Shown here in pieces: positions 38,145 through 47,719 of a stretch of 64,000 nucleotides of DNA; the stretch's first letter is position 1; every line of letters starts with the position of its first letter. Position numbers and translations under genes: made by a program. This stretch comes from an uncultured delta proteobacterium (GTDB taxonomy: Bacteria; Desulfobacterota; Binatia; UBA9968): NCBI GenBank assembly GCA_963745035.1, contig CAVUVW010000027.1, forward strand, positions 32,001 to 96,000. The letters are read 5' to 3'. The notes under the pieces were generated by a model, which saw only the letters and a program-made list of their open reading frames with translations, had not been told where the DNA came from and did no database searches.

Positions 38145-39167
38145 TTACTGCAAACCGAAGATCTTGCCGTACACGCCGGTGAGTCGGTCGACCATCTCGG
38201 CGTGCTCCTGCTTCATGTAAATCGCTTTCTTGCCTTGGACGAATTTATAGGCCGGCGTTCCCGGAACGAAGGCCGAGGTGTGGCCGCCGAACTTCTCAAG
38301 AATTTCCTGAGCGGGCGGGGTTGGCAGAAAAGCCGAAAAGAGATGCCCGGCGTTGGGATGCGGCGCCCCTTTGATGACGCCGGCGTTGTACGCCGGCGAG
38401 ATCACCGGCGTGACTTCTTCGGCGTGGACGATCGGCGAGCCGGCTACTTTCGCCTGATGCACGAAGCTGTCGGTCAACGTGATCGCCACCAGGACTTCGC
38501 CTAACTGCATGCGACTGTAGATTGTGCCGAGCGGTCCCAAAATAGGCTGCTGCGCGGCCAGGCCTTTCACATATTCAGTCGCCTTAGCTTCGCCCCAGAG
38601 CGTCGCCAATCGGGCGAGATGATGGGTCGCGGTGGACATGCCGAGCTTGCCGCCCTTCCACTTGGGATCGAGCAGATCCTGCCAGCTTTTGGGCACATCC
38701 TTGGCGGCAACGAACTGCTTGTTATAGGCGGGCAAGGCGAACTGATTGGCCAATATCACAGTGCCGCTGTCGTATTGGATCGCCTGTGGCGCGACGCCGA
38801 CTTTGGCGTAGTCATAGGTCTTGTGCAGTTTTTTTAACCAGAGCGTGGCGTGTCCGCCGTCGTGGATCAGCATGACGTCCCATTCTTGCGGCTGGCCGGT
38901 GGCGGCGATGCTGACGATTTTCCCGACGTCCCGGGTCATGGCTCCGGCGGGAGTGAAATTAACTTTGATGTTGAGACCGTATTTTTTGTTAAACGCTTCG
39001 CCGAGCCGCTGCGCGCCTTCCGGAGTCAACGTCGAGGGGGCGTAGAGCTCGAGCACCCCTTCTTTTTTTGCTCCGGCGATCAGATCATCGATGGGCGCGC
39101 CGTACGCCGCGGGATGCCAGAGTACCAGCGCCAAAACAGCCGCGATCAAGGAACCAAGAAAATTCAT
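38145..39167 (-). CDS. ABC extracellular solute-binding protein (Fe3+/AfuA-like)
   Basis: Signal peptide, AKKEG, PKSWQDLLDPKWKG and APHPNAG. Confidence 0.88.
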   Translation of the reverse strand: MNFLGSLIAAVLALVLWHPAAYGAPIDDLIAGAKKEGVLELYAPSTLTPEGAQRLGEAFNKKYGLNIKVNFTPAGAMTRDVGKIVSIAATGQPQEWDVMLIHDGGHATLWLKKLHKTYDYAKVGVAPQAIQYDSGTVILANQFALPAYNKQFVAAKDVPKSWQDLLDPKWKGGKLGMSTATHHLARLATLWGEAKATEYVKGLAAQQPILGPLGTIYSRMQLGEVLVAITLTDSFVHQAKVAGSPIVHAEEVTPVISPAYNAGVIKGAPHPNAGHLFSAFLPTPPAQEILEKFGGHTSAFVPGTPAYKFVQGKKAIYMKQEHAEMVDRLTGVYGKIFGLQ

Positions 39168-39299
39168 CGCTCTCACGAGATGCCTCCGTTTCCCAAGGCA
39201 CTGCCTGCTGCGCTTCGGAGGCACTCTATTTCCAAGATGGCGGTTTGGCAAGATCGAATGAACGAGAACACGCGCAAGGGCCGAACAGCCGGAGCTTCG

Positions 39300-41222
39300 T
39301 CACGGAGCGGCGCGCCGCGCTATCGGCGGACGGTCCTCGGTCGGCTCCAAGGAAATCAGCGGCAGGAGTTGATCACGAGCTTCCTGCAACGTGCCCGCGA
39401 TGCGGTCGGCTCCCGCCGACTCGAGTGACGCGCGGCTCTGCTCGAGATCTCCGTACGGTCCCCATCGGCCGACCAGAATCTTCACGTCGGGAAAACGCGC
39501 GCGGATGCGTTTGCAAAGATACCGTGTGTGCGCGAGCCCGCCGGGGGCGACGGCGCCGATGCAAACCAAACCGGGCTGTCTTTCCTCGACCAGAGAGACC
39601 ATCTCGGAAGCGAGTCTGTCGGCGGCAACGACCTCGATTTTACAGCGTGCCGAGTCGAGAATTCGTTCGAGCGCCAGCAGCGCCACCTCATCGCCCTTGC
39701 CGTCGGCGGGAAGGCCGAGGACGCTGACGATACGCTCGGACGGATGATGCTCGGGTCCGCGCGGGCCGTCCTCCCGGTCGGACGACGTCGTTTCCCCGCG
39801 CCGCTCGTCCAGCTCTTCGAGGATCGCGCGGGTGCCTCGGTAAACGGCCTGCTCGTCTCGTTCTGAAAGGTGGCCGCGGCGCCGATCGGCTTTGGCCTGG
39901 CTCAGCGCGGGAATCAAGACGTTGTCGTAGAGCTCCGCCTCAGGATGGTTCTCGAGGTAATCTTCGACGATCTCTTCGCCTTCGTCCTGATCTTCGGCCA
40001 GCATGCGCTGGTAGTAGTTCACGTGCGGCTCCAAAGCAGGTAGATCGCTCAGCAGCACGGTGACGAAGGTCATTTCGGGGACGTATTTGGCGAACACTAC
40101 CAGGCAGACCGTGAGAGGCGTCGCCAGCACCAAACCCATCGGTCCCCAAAGCCAGGTCCAGAAAGCGGCCATGACCAAAATAGCAATTTCAGAAACGCCG
40201 GCGCTTTCACCGTACAACAGCGGCTCCAACAGAAGATTGGTCGTCAGCTCAAGGACGATAAACGCGCCGATGACCAGGAGCGGGATAGTCCACCCCGGAA
40301 AATGCGCCAAGCTCAACGCCGTCGGCATGATCGCCGCCAGCCAAGGGCCGACATAGGGGATGAAGCGCAGCACGATCGCCATGAAACCCCACAAGACCGC
40401 GTACGGCACGCCGATCAAGGAAAGGACGGCCGCCACCGCAATGCCGAAACCACTGTTGAGTAAAAGCTGCGCCAGCAAATAGCGGCTTATCCTGTAGCCG
40501 GCTTCTTCCAAGGCTTTGGTCGTCACCGTCAATCGGCTGTAGCCGAGAACGCGAATGAGCCGATTGCGCAACTCCTCCCTTTGGATGAGCATGAAAACGA
40601 CGAGCACGAGGGCGAGGCCGACGGCGGCCAGGCGTTCCACCATCGGACCGGTGGCGAGAGGAATCGGCCAGAAAGCCGACTCCTCCTCAGCGGAGACCAC
40701 GACTTCCCGCGGAGGTTCGCCTTGAGTCGGTTTGGATTTGTTCAATTCGCTCTTAACGTCTTCGACGGTCTCTTCGACCTTTTCCAAGGCGCCGCCTTTC
40801 TTGAAATTGCGCAGGTCGGCGATTTTAGCGCGAATATTTCGACGGTACTGCGGCAACTCGTTGGCGAGGTCGCCAATCTGGCGCGCAACGAACCAACCGG
40901 CTCCGAATAAAATCGCCAGCGCTAATATCGTGCCGATGGCAACGGCGAGGATGCGGCCTAGTCCGAGCCGCTCGAGCGCGCGCACAATCGGGCTTAGAAC
41001 AAATGTCAGCAGGATCGCGATCGCGATCGGAACAAGCACTTCCTGCGCCCAGTAAAGAATGGCGATAACCAAGATCGCTGAGGGAAAAAAAATCCAACCG
41101 GGCAGATTGTCGTGATTGAGATCAAGGGCTCGTGTCCCGACCGTCTGCTTTGAAGAATCGGAACCCGTTTCTGGAACCGACGCAGGGCGGCTCTTTGGTC
41201 TTTTGAAAATAGCAGAGAGCAT
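39300..41222 (-). CDS. AI-2E-family transporter with C-terminal cobalamin-binding-like domain
   Basis: LRFIPYVGP and WTWLWGPMGLVLATPLTV; soluble C-terminal Rossmann-like extension. Confidence 0.88.
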   Translation of the reverse strand: MLSAIFKRPKSRPASVPETGSDSSKQTVGTRALDLNHDNLPGWIFFPSAILVIAILYWAQEVLVPIAIAILLTFVLSPIVRALERLGLGRILAVAIGTILALAILFGAGWFVARQIGDLANELPQYRRNIRAKIADLRNFKKGGALEKVEETVEDVKSELNKSKPTQGEPPREVVVSAEEESAFWPIPLATGPMVERLAAVGLALVLVVFMLIQREELRNRLIRVLGYSRLTVTTKALEEAGYRISRYLLAQLLLNSGFGIAVAAVLSLIGVPYAVLWGFMAIVLRFIPYVGPWLAAIMPTALSLAHFPGWTIPLLVIGAFIVLELTTNLLLEPLLYGESAGVSEIAILVMAAFWTWLWGPMGLVLATPLTVCLVVFAKYVPEMTFVTVLLSDLPALEPHVNYYQRMLAEDQDEGEEIVEDYLENHPEAELYDNVLIPALSQAKADRRRGHLSERDEQAVYRGTRAILEELDERRGETTSSDREDGPRGPEHHPSERIVSVLGLPADGKGDEVALLALERILDSARCKIEVVAADRLASEMVSLVEERQPGLVCIGAVAPGGLAHTRYLCKRIRARFPDVKILVGRWGPYGDLEQSRASLESAGADRIAGTLQEARDQLLPLISLEPTEDRPPIARRAAP

Positions 41223-41276
41223 ATCGTCTACGGAGCTAAGCGGCTCGAAGACATTGCGGCGCTCGGCCGATCAGAT

Positions 41277-41292
41277 CGCCTCGTGCGTGCCA
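41277..41292 (-). promoter_or_regulatory. Sigma54-like promoter of the AI-2E gene
   Basis: TGGCACGCACGAGGCG: perfect -24 box and GC at -12, but lacks TT. Confidence 0.5.
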
Positions 41293-42025
41293 TTAAGACG
41301 GTTCTGAGGGACGATAAAAACTGCCAACCAAGCCCATGCTGCGGCTTCAGGCAATTTTTCCGCGTTTCATGGAAGGAGCAACCAAGGGGCCAAGAAAAAA
41401 GCCCTAGATTTCGTGACAGGTGCGCGACATCAGTAGGCGTTTTACCGACAAGGTTGATCGTTTGACGGTATCGGCCTGCCAGCCACTCAGCCCAGAAATC
41501 CGCTGCGCATGTTTGCCGCGCAGGGCGCAATCGCGTCGGAGGCAAGGAAGCTTAAACTCGGCGTGGCGCGCGCCGCGGTCAATTTGCGCCGGGGCTAGGG
41601 TTTTCTGCGCATCCGGTAAACAAGGAGATAAAAGGACAGCATGGCGTAGTTGTAAAAAAAATCTTCGACCGGAATCAGATGTCCGAAAGCGGGCACGCGG
41701 TCAGAACGGAATTGACGCGCAGAAACGGCGCAGTAACAGATCGCGCTGTAGAGCTTGCTATGGAGCAGCGCACGGTCGAGGAAAAGGCATGCAGTTCGCC
41801 ATCGCGGTCCTAAAAACCATCAGCGGCCGGCGCCACAGCTCTCGCCCGACCGGCTGTTCGTAAATCTCCGATGCTTTGGCGACCATGTACCAGCGATTGA
41901 AGTTGATGCCCGCGAATCAGATGTGACGATCGAGAGGATCGGCCGGCTGGGCACAGGTGGAAATCGTTGAGTCCATGGAGATCGTTCGCGGTTCGAGCAA
42001 GAAACATAAGCTGAAAAACCCGCCT

Positions 42026-43328
42026 TCACAAGCCGGTGCCGGCGCGCGGTTTTTTCGGCGGTCGAAGGAACAGACTTAAGACGGCCGAGGCGAACAGCAT
42101 GCCGATAAAGATGCTGAACGAAAGCTGGTAGCTTTGGGTGGCGTCGAAAAGCAGGCCGAAAAAGGGCGGGCCACAGGCGGAGAACGTGCTGGTGATCAGC
42201 GAGCCCATGCCGCGGATTTTGCCGAGGGAGATGCGGCCGAAATAGTTGGCCCAGATCATTTCCGCGAGGATCGCGGTGCCGCCCATGCCGATGCCGTACA
42301 GAAAAGAAGCCGGCGTAAAGCGAAGCGAGCCCGGGGTTCGCCAGCGCGAGCAAGATGCCCGCCGCCTGGACAAGAAATTTCGCCATGATGAGCCGGGCGA
42401 TGTTGCCGCGCTCGGCGAGCAGACCCCAGACCATCGGCGTGCTGAACTGCATGACGGCGATGATGCTCATCACCAGCGCCGCGACCATCGCGGCGTGGCC
42501 CTGATCGCTCACGAAAGAAAAAACATGAAGATTGAGTCCGGTCACGCCGACGTGGGACACGCCGAAGGTGATGACGATGAGCCAGAAGGCCGAAGTGCCG
42601 AGCGCCTCGCGCCGGCTCCAGTCGACGTCGCTCACGCGGCGCGCTGGCGCTTTGGGTTCGCCGGTGTTGCTCGCATACGTCGCCTCGACCGCGCCGCCGT
42701 CCGGCAGAAGTCCCATGTCCTCGGGGCGGCGGCGCATGAAGAGCAGAGAAGGGCCGACGACCAGGGCGAGTGTCACAATGCCGAAGACGAACCATGCGCC
42801 GCGCCATCCGGCATAGAGAATCAGCGAGGCGGCCGCCACGGGCATGCAAACCTTTGCCAAACCGTGGCCCATGCCGGCGAGAGCGAGCGCGCGCCCGCGC
42901 ATGCGCACGAACCATTGTGAGATGGAAACGTTCACGACCATGGAGCCCATAAGCATGTCGCCGGGACTCACCAACAGCCAGCGAACAATCGCGAATTGCC
43001 AAAAATCGCGAACCTGACCGAGCAGGAGAAAACCGACGCCGGAGATCAAACCGCCGGCAGCCATGAGCCACTTGCCGCCGTGGCGGTCAAGCAAAGTGCC
43101 GATCACCGGAGCGGTAGCCGCGCCGATGAGAATTTCGCCGGAGCGAATCAAGGAGAAGGTGCCGCGGGAGAGACCCAGATCTTGCGAAAGCGGCTTGAGG
43201 AAGACGGCGAGAGTGCTCGAGATCGAAAAGGCCGAGGCGATGTGGGCGAGAAAACCGACGGCGACGATCACCCAGCCGTAAAAAAATCTTGCCTCGTTGG
43301 TTGTCTGCGCGCGGTTGGAGACTGGCAC
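42026..43328 (-). CDS. MFS transporter (frameshift near 42300)
   Basis: FFYGWVIV, GTLLDRHGGK and WFVRMRGRA; C-terminal NYFGRISLGKIRG in ORF 42026..42373. Confidence 0.88.
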
Positions 43329-43451
43329 GCCGTGTTTGTATCAGGGATCGCGCAGCGAATTCACAGGTCGGCGCCGCGGATGTGATACGAAATAAAGATG
43401 GGACCGCGAAGCACGCTGGTCGATTGCCCGAGAAGATGCTTCTAATCGCTA

Positions 43452-43814
43452 CTAAGTGCCGGAGAGACTCTGCACTACGGTTTTCAGCTCCTGAATATCG
43501 ATCGGCTTGGTCAAATAGGTTGAGGCGCCGATTTTCAGGCATTCATTGCGGGTATCGATGGTCGGGTAGGCCGTGATCATGACGACGTTGGTTGACGGCG
43601 AGCGCTTCTTGATTTCGGACAGCAGGACTACACCATCGACCGGGAACATTTTGATGTCGAGAATGGCGAGATCGAAGTTTTCTTTATCGACCAAGTCCAG
43701 GGCTTGATACGCGTTGTTCGCGGTTCGGACGGAATATCCTTCCTTGGAAAGGATGCGCTCGAGCAGAACCAAAAGGTTTTCCTCGTCATCGACAACCAGG
43801 ACCGATCTATCCAT
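43452..43814 (-). CDS. Single-domain response regulator (receiver)
   Basis: VVDDE, LDIKM, ITAY and YLTKP. Confidence 0.92.
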   Translation of the reverse strand: MDRSVLVVDDEENLLVLLERILSKEGYSVRTANNAYQALDLVDKENFDLAILDIKMFPVDGVVLLSEIKKRSPSTNVVMITAYPTIDTRNECLKIGASTYLTKPIDIQELKTVVQSLSGT

Positions 43815-43904
43815 CACAGTTATTCTCTTGCGTCCCACACGCCTTTTGCTCGTTTACTCGTGCCAAAAATCAACGAGTCTGTCAATTTTAAAATGCCCGG
43901 CTGC

Positions 43905-44123
43905 CTATTTTCTATAACCCACCACCACCATGCCGGCGCCGACGAGCAGCGCCAAGCCGCCGAGGACCGGCGGCAGCGGGATGGATTTCTCTCGTTCTGC
44001 GGTCGCCTTGAGCGGCCCGATCTCGGCGATTTTTTCCTCGCTCGTATAGGTAATGCGCTGATAAGAGAGCGCGACAATCCCCAGAAGAATCAAAAGGATG
44101 CCGACGATAACCAGTGGTTTCAT
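43905..44123 (-). CDS. DUF3185-like small membrane protein
   Basis: Two TM segments with EIGPLKATAEREKSIPLPP between them. Confidence 0.8.
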   Translation of the reverse strand: MKPLVIVGILLILLGIVALSYQRITYTSEEKIAEIGPLKATAEREKSIPLPPVLGGLALLVGAGMVVVGYRK

Positions 44124-44165
44124 AGGGTTCCTCGCGACGCTAAAACGGTGCGATACTTGCGCGCT

Positions 44166-44411
44166 CTACTCCCTAAACTCGGCGGCGGCATCGGCTCGGC
44201 GAAAGCGATTTCGAAACTTCGTGAGCCAATGACCCGCTTCCGCCCGCAGTTTATCGGCTTCCTCGTTCAGGTAACCTAGGCCACTGCCCGCGCCGCGGCG
44301 TAGCTCCTCGCGCATCTCATGGCCGCGGCGGGGCGCCCAAAGGAGCCCCGCCAGCAAGCCTAAACCAAGGCCGATCACAAGGTAGGTAACGCTTTCATGG
44401 TTCGTTTTCAT
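44166..44411 (-). CDS. YtxH-domain protein
   Basis: GLLAGLLWAPRRGHEMREEL. Confidence 0.85.
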   Translation of the reverse strand: MKTNHESVTYLVIGLGLGLLAGLLWAPRRGHEMREELRRGAGSGLGYLNEEADKLRAEAGHWLTKFRNRFRRADAAAEFRE

Positions 44412-44437
44412 CCAATCCTCCCTTGCGCCGGTGCACG

Positions 44438-44761
44438 TCAGTTGCGCCGCTGAACCTGCAAGTTGTTCTGGACGCGACGCACGCCGTCTACCTGCCTCGC
44501 GAGCTCTTCCGCCCGCCGTTTTTGCTCGGCAGATTCGACCACGCCATTAAGCGCCACGACCCGGTTCGTGGTGTCGACATCGACCCGCGTCAGATTCGCC
44601 GCCCGCTCGCCGACCAGCTTCGTTTTCACCGAAGCGCTGATCGTTGTGTCGTCAACATTCTGTCCCGCGCTTTGTCCCGTCAGCGACGTGCAGCCATTGA
44701 CGGACAAGATCAGGCTCAACGCGACACCCAGCAAAATCGGCTTCAGAGTTGAAAATTTCAT
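44438..44761 (-). CDS. BON-domain (OsmY-like) lipoprotein
   Basis: Lipobox VNGC; DDTTISASVKTKL...VDGVRRVQNNL. Confidence 0.9.
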   Translation of the reverse strand: MKFSTLKPILLGVALSLILSVNGCTSLTGQSAGQNVDDTTISASVKTKLVGERAANLTRVDVDTTNRVVALNGVVESAEQKRRAEELARQVDGVRRVQNNLQVQRRN

Positions 44762-44794
44762 AGGGTCTCCTTGCATCCGTCCTATTCCTATTCT

Positions 44795-45019
44795 CTAGTA
44801 AACGATCGAGCCGCGCTCGATCTGACGCTTGCGTTCCTCATACTCGCGGCGAGAAATCCGCTCGCGCCTGTAATCGTCTTCGAGCTTATCCATTTGCCGG
44901 TAAGCGTTGATCTCATAGCCGGCGCCGGTGGCGAGACCGCCGACCGCCGCGCCACCCAGAAACTCACAGCCCCACTGAGTGGTGCCTGCCAGTAACAATA
45001 GCGCAAGAATCTTGTTCAT
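44795..45019 (-). CDS. Small glycine-zipper lipoprotein
   Basis: QWGC lipobox, GGAAVGGLATGAGY; AAGGAG RBS. Confidence 0.75.
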   Translation of the reverse strand: MNKILALLLLAGTTQWGCEFLGGAAVGGLATGAGYEINAYRQMDKLEDDYRRERISRREYEERKRQIERGSIVY

Positions 45020-45105
45020 GACCTATGCTCCTTTCTAAATTCTAAATGTGACGAATCAATTTTTTGACCCGTCGTTGGGCTTGCAGCGCCGAGCTGCGCG
45101 CCCCG

Positions 45106-45258
45106 TCAAATTCGTCCCATTAACAACAGCACAATAATCACGACGAGCACTAAACCGAGTCCGCCGCTCGGGTAATATCCCCAACCGGAACTGTATGGCC
45201 AGGACGGCAGTGCGCCGATCAACAGGAGTATCAGCACGATGAGTAGTATTGTTCCCAT
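45106..45258 (-). CDS. DUF3309-family small membrane protein (50 aa, not in ORF track)
   Basis: MGTILLIVLILLLIGALPSWPYSSGWGYYPSGGLGLVLVVIIVLLLMGRI; GAGGAG RBS. Confidence 0.9.
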   Translation of the reverse strand: MGTILLIVLILLLIGALPSWPYSSGWGYYPSGGLGLVLVVIIVLLLMGRI

Positions 45259-45329
45259 ATAGGCTCCTCGGAATTATAGGCTCCTCTTACTGCTTGCATG
45301 TGCGACGCGATGCGTTCGAAGTGGGAGAG

Positions 45330-45345
45330 TTCAAAGCATGTGCCA
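45330..45345 (-). promoter_or_regulatory. Sigma54-like promoter of the small-protein operon
   Basis: TGGCACATGCTTTGAA (-12 is TTGA instead of TTGC). Confidence 0.55.
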
Positions 45346-45680
45346 AGGGACAACCAAGCTAAGAACGCTGTGCTTTTCATAGTTTAGGCGAGACTAGAGC
45401 AATCGAATGAGAGTTTTGTCTGACTTTGGCGGTGCCTCTAGGAGGAAAAAGACCGACGGCCGCCAACGTCTCTACCCTGCAACCAACGTCATTTCTCTAT
45501 GGGAGCAAAGTGCGCCGCGGCAAAGGCGCGATTTTTTTTCGCTCACACGGACGGCCGCCGTCGCAGCCTAACTCCTGACATTTTGTAGAAAAAGCTCCGC
45601 ATTTCCGCCGCAGCCCTAAACCGTGCGATGGAGCGCGGAGAAGAGTTTTCTTCAAAGAGGAAGCTTGCGCGCCGACATCG

Positions 45681-45696
45681 TGGCATAAGCGTTGCT
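45681..45696 (+). promoter_or_regulatory. Sigma54 promoter
   Basis: TGGCATAAGCGTTGCT, 50 bp before ORF 45747. Confidence 0.75.
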
Positions 45697-45746
45697 GTAT
45701 AACGCGGCAAGCGTGACGGAGTTTTTAAAAAGGGAGGCTGCGAAGT

Positions 45747-45932
45747 ATGCGCACCAAGAGATCTGTTAATACGACGCTGGGAGAATTGATCGCGGCGGTA
45801 ACCGACGAAGTGATGCCGCTGGCCGGGAGCCAAGCCAATACCGACGCTCTGGTCTCATATATTGTAAATGATCTGCTCGTCGCCAAGCGCGTGCGGCTAC
45901 GCAGGCGTTCGGCCTTGCGAGCAAGGATGTAA
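45747..45932 (+). CDS. Hypothetical small protein
   Basis: 61 aa, TTLGELIAAVTDEV...; GGGAGG RBS; sigma54 motif upstream. Confidence 0.65.
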   Translation: MRTKRSVNTTLGELIAAVTDEVMPLAGSQANTDALVSYIVNDLLVAKRVRLRRRSALRARM

Positions 45933-45974
45933 TAAAAAGGATGTAATAAAAAGGATGTAATAAAAAGGATGTAA
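45923..45974 (+). repeat. 14-bp tandem repeat x3.7 (AAGGATGTAATAAA)
   Basis: Units start at 45923, 45937, 45951 and 45965 (partial). Confidence 0.95.
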
Positions 45975-45999
45975 ATGGAGCGGCGAGCAAGCCTGCGTT

Positions 46000-46590
46000 A
46001 TGAAAGACTGGGCAAACATCGCGGCGCGCTGCACATTCCAGCTTCGAGCAGGCGCGCGACGCCTTGAAAACGACCCCGGCGGGTCGCCGACATGTGTGCG
46101 CTCACAAGACCTAGCAACTTTGAACTTCAGGCTCTGGTTGCTACTGGCCATCGCTTTGACGCTAGCTCAGGGCTGTTCGGCGCTCTCTCCCAATCTTATT
46201 CAACGCGATGAAATGGTTACGCGTCGCTCGGCGCCGGCTGCCGGAAAACCATCGGCGCCGACGCTCGGCCCGGTTAACGTGGGCCACGCGTCGTGGTACG
46301 GACCCGGTTTCATCGGCAAGAAAACCGCGAGCGGGGCTATCTTCGATGACAGCAAGCTCACCGCAGCGCACAAGACCTTGCCGCTCGGCAGCAAAGCGAA
46401 AGTCACCAATCTGAGCAATGGTCGGAGTGTGAAAGTCGAAATCAACGATCGCGGCCCGTATGCCGGCAATCGAATCATTGATCTATCCAAGGCCGCAGCG
46501 CATGCGCTCGGCATGATTGAGAACGGCGTTGTTCGGGTGCGCGTCGATGCGCTCGATGCGAGCGGCGCAGAGCCGGACGGCTCGAGCTAA
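46000..46590 (+). CDS. rlpA: RlpA-family septal ring lytic transglycosylase (DPBB domain)
   Basis: GHASWYG, TAAHKTLPLG and INDRGPY...IIDLS; lipobox AQGC; start uncertain. Confidence 0.85.
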   Translation: MKDWANIAARCTFQLRAGARRLENDPGGSPTCVRSQDLATLNFRLWLLLAIALTLAQGCSALSPNLIQRDEMVTRRSAPAAGKPSAPTLGPVNVGHASWYGPGFIGKKTASGAIFDDSKLTAAHKTLPLGSKAKVTNLSNGRSVKVEINDRGPYAGNRIIDLSKAAAHALGMIENGVVRVRVDALDASGAEPDGSS

Positions 46591-46647
46591 GCCTCCGCAT
46601 GCGCCGGGTCGCTAAATCGCGGTGACGGTGACGAGGGATGTGAAAAA

Positions 46648-46785
46648 ATGCAGGTCTATGTCGCGTTGCAGCCCGTGGTTGCTTTGATCGCCGGAATTTT
46701 GATTCTGCTAATACCGCGCTTATTGAACTACATCGTGGCGCTCTATTTGATTATCACGGGAATATTGGGACTTGTTCGAATGTGA
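46648..46785 (+). CDS. DUF3096-family small membrane protein (45 aa, not in ORF track)
   Basis: [45 protein letters not shown]. Confidence 0.9.
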   Translation: MQVYVALQPVVALIAGILILLIPRLLNYIVALYLIITGILGLVRM

Positions 46786-46834
46786 CATAACAGAACGGGC
46801 ATGCGTGCGCGCCCGTGGAAAGGAGGACGGACCA

Positions 46835-46999
46835 ATGTTGAACTGGGCTATAACTTTTCTGGTGATCGCGCTGATCGCCGGTCTGCTCGGCTTGAGCGGA
46901 ATCGCCGGCGCAGCCACGCAGATCGCCTGGATCCTTTTCGTGGTCTTCTTGATTTTGTTTATCGTGGGTCTGGTGATGGGTCGAAGACCACCGGTTTAA
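46835..46999 (+). CDS. DUF1328 (UPF0391) small membrane protein
   Basis: [35 protein letters not shown]; AGGAGG RBS. Confidence 0.92.
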   Translation: MLNWAITFLVIALIAGLLGLSGIAGAATQIAWILFVVFLILFIVGLVMGRRPPV

Positions 47000-47329
47000 C
47001 GTGGGAACAACACAGTCATCTCTTTGATGTCTCGATAACGACACAGGGAACCAGCCTCGTTGACTTGCCTGCCCCGGGTCTCGGTTGCTCGCTTCACGTC
47101 GAGCAACCGGGACCTCCCGCCACAGGTTTGGCTTCGAGCTTTTTAGTTCCCTGACGACGAAATAGTTAAATCTCTTGTGTCTCTTGTGTGACGGCGCACG
47201 CGACAATCGCTTGCGCGCAGCGGGCAGGACAATGTGCAAGCAGATATCGCCACGTCAGTGCGGCGTTGGCTTGCTACTTACTCACTTTGGCTTTAGTATA
47301 GTAGAAATCGAAAAAATAGAGAGGGAAAC

Positions 47330-47716
47330 ATGCCAGCGTCAACTACATTACATGAGCCGTCCGACGCATTATCGGCGCGGACCATCGACATGCATCGCGC
47401 CGTGGTTTCGCTGATCGAAGAGCTGGAAGCGGTGGATTGGTACAATCAGCGCGCGGAAGCGGCCCAGGACCCGCAGCTGCAGGCGATTCTCAAGCATAAC
47501 CGGGACGAAGAAATCGAGCATGCTACGATGACGCTCGAATGGATCCGGCGCCACATGGCGAAATTCGACGAGACGCTGAAGCTCTATCTGTTTACCACTG
47601 GAGACATCACCGCCATCGAGGAGAAGATCGAGGGGAAGACGGAAGGCGGTCAAGGGACAGCCGAACGGAAGACCAAGCCGCTGCGCCGCACCGTCGGGGA
47701 GATGAAGGGAAGCTAG
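47330..47716 (+). CDS. Encapsulin-associated ferritin-like protein (EncFtn/Flp)
   Basis: LHEP, SLIEELEAVDWYNQR and HNRDEEIEHA; C-terminal tail ending RRTVGEMKGS. Confidence 0.92.
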   Translation: MPASTTLHEPSDALSARTIDMHRAVVSLIEELEAVDWYNQRAEAAQDPQLQAILKHNRDEEIEHATMTLEWIRRHMAKFDETLKLYLFTTGDITAIEEKIEGKTEGGQGTAERKTKPLRRTVGEMKGS

Positions 47717-47719
47717 GCA

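Noticed and set aside
41789-41970. Possible frameshifted small ORF MQFAIAVLKT...LRCFGDHVPAIEV
   Set aside because: It needs an assumed indel and matches no family I recognise; the support is insufficient.
43850-43865. Sigma54 promoter before the response regulator (TGGCACGAGTAAACGA, minus strand)
   Set aside because: The -24 box is perfect but there is no GC or TTG at -12.
45923-45974. CRISPR array
   Set aside because: The 14-bp units are directly abutting with no spacers, and there are no cas genes.
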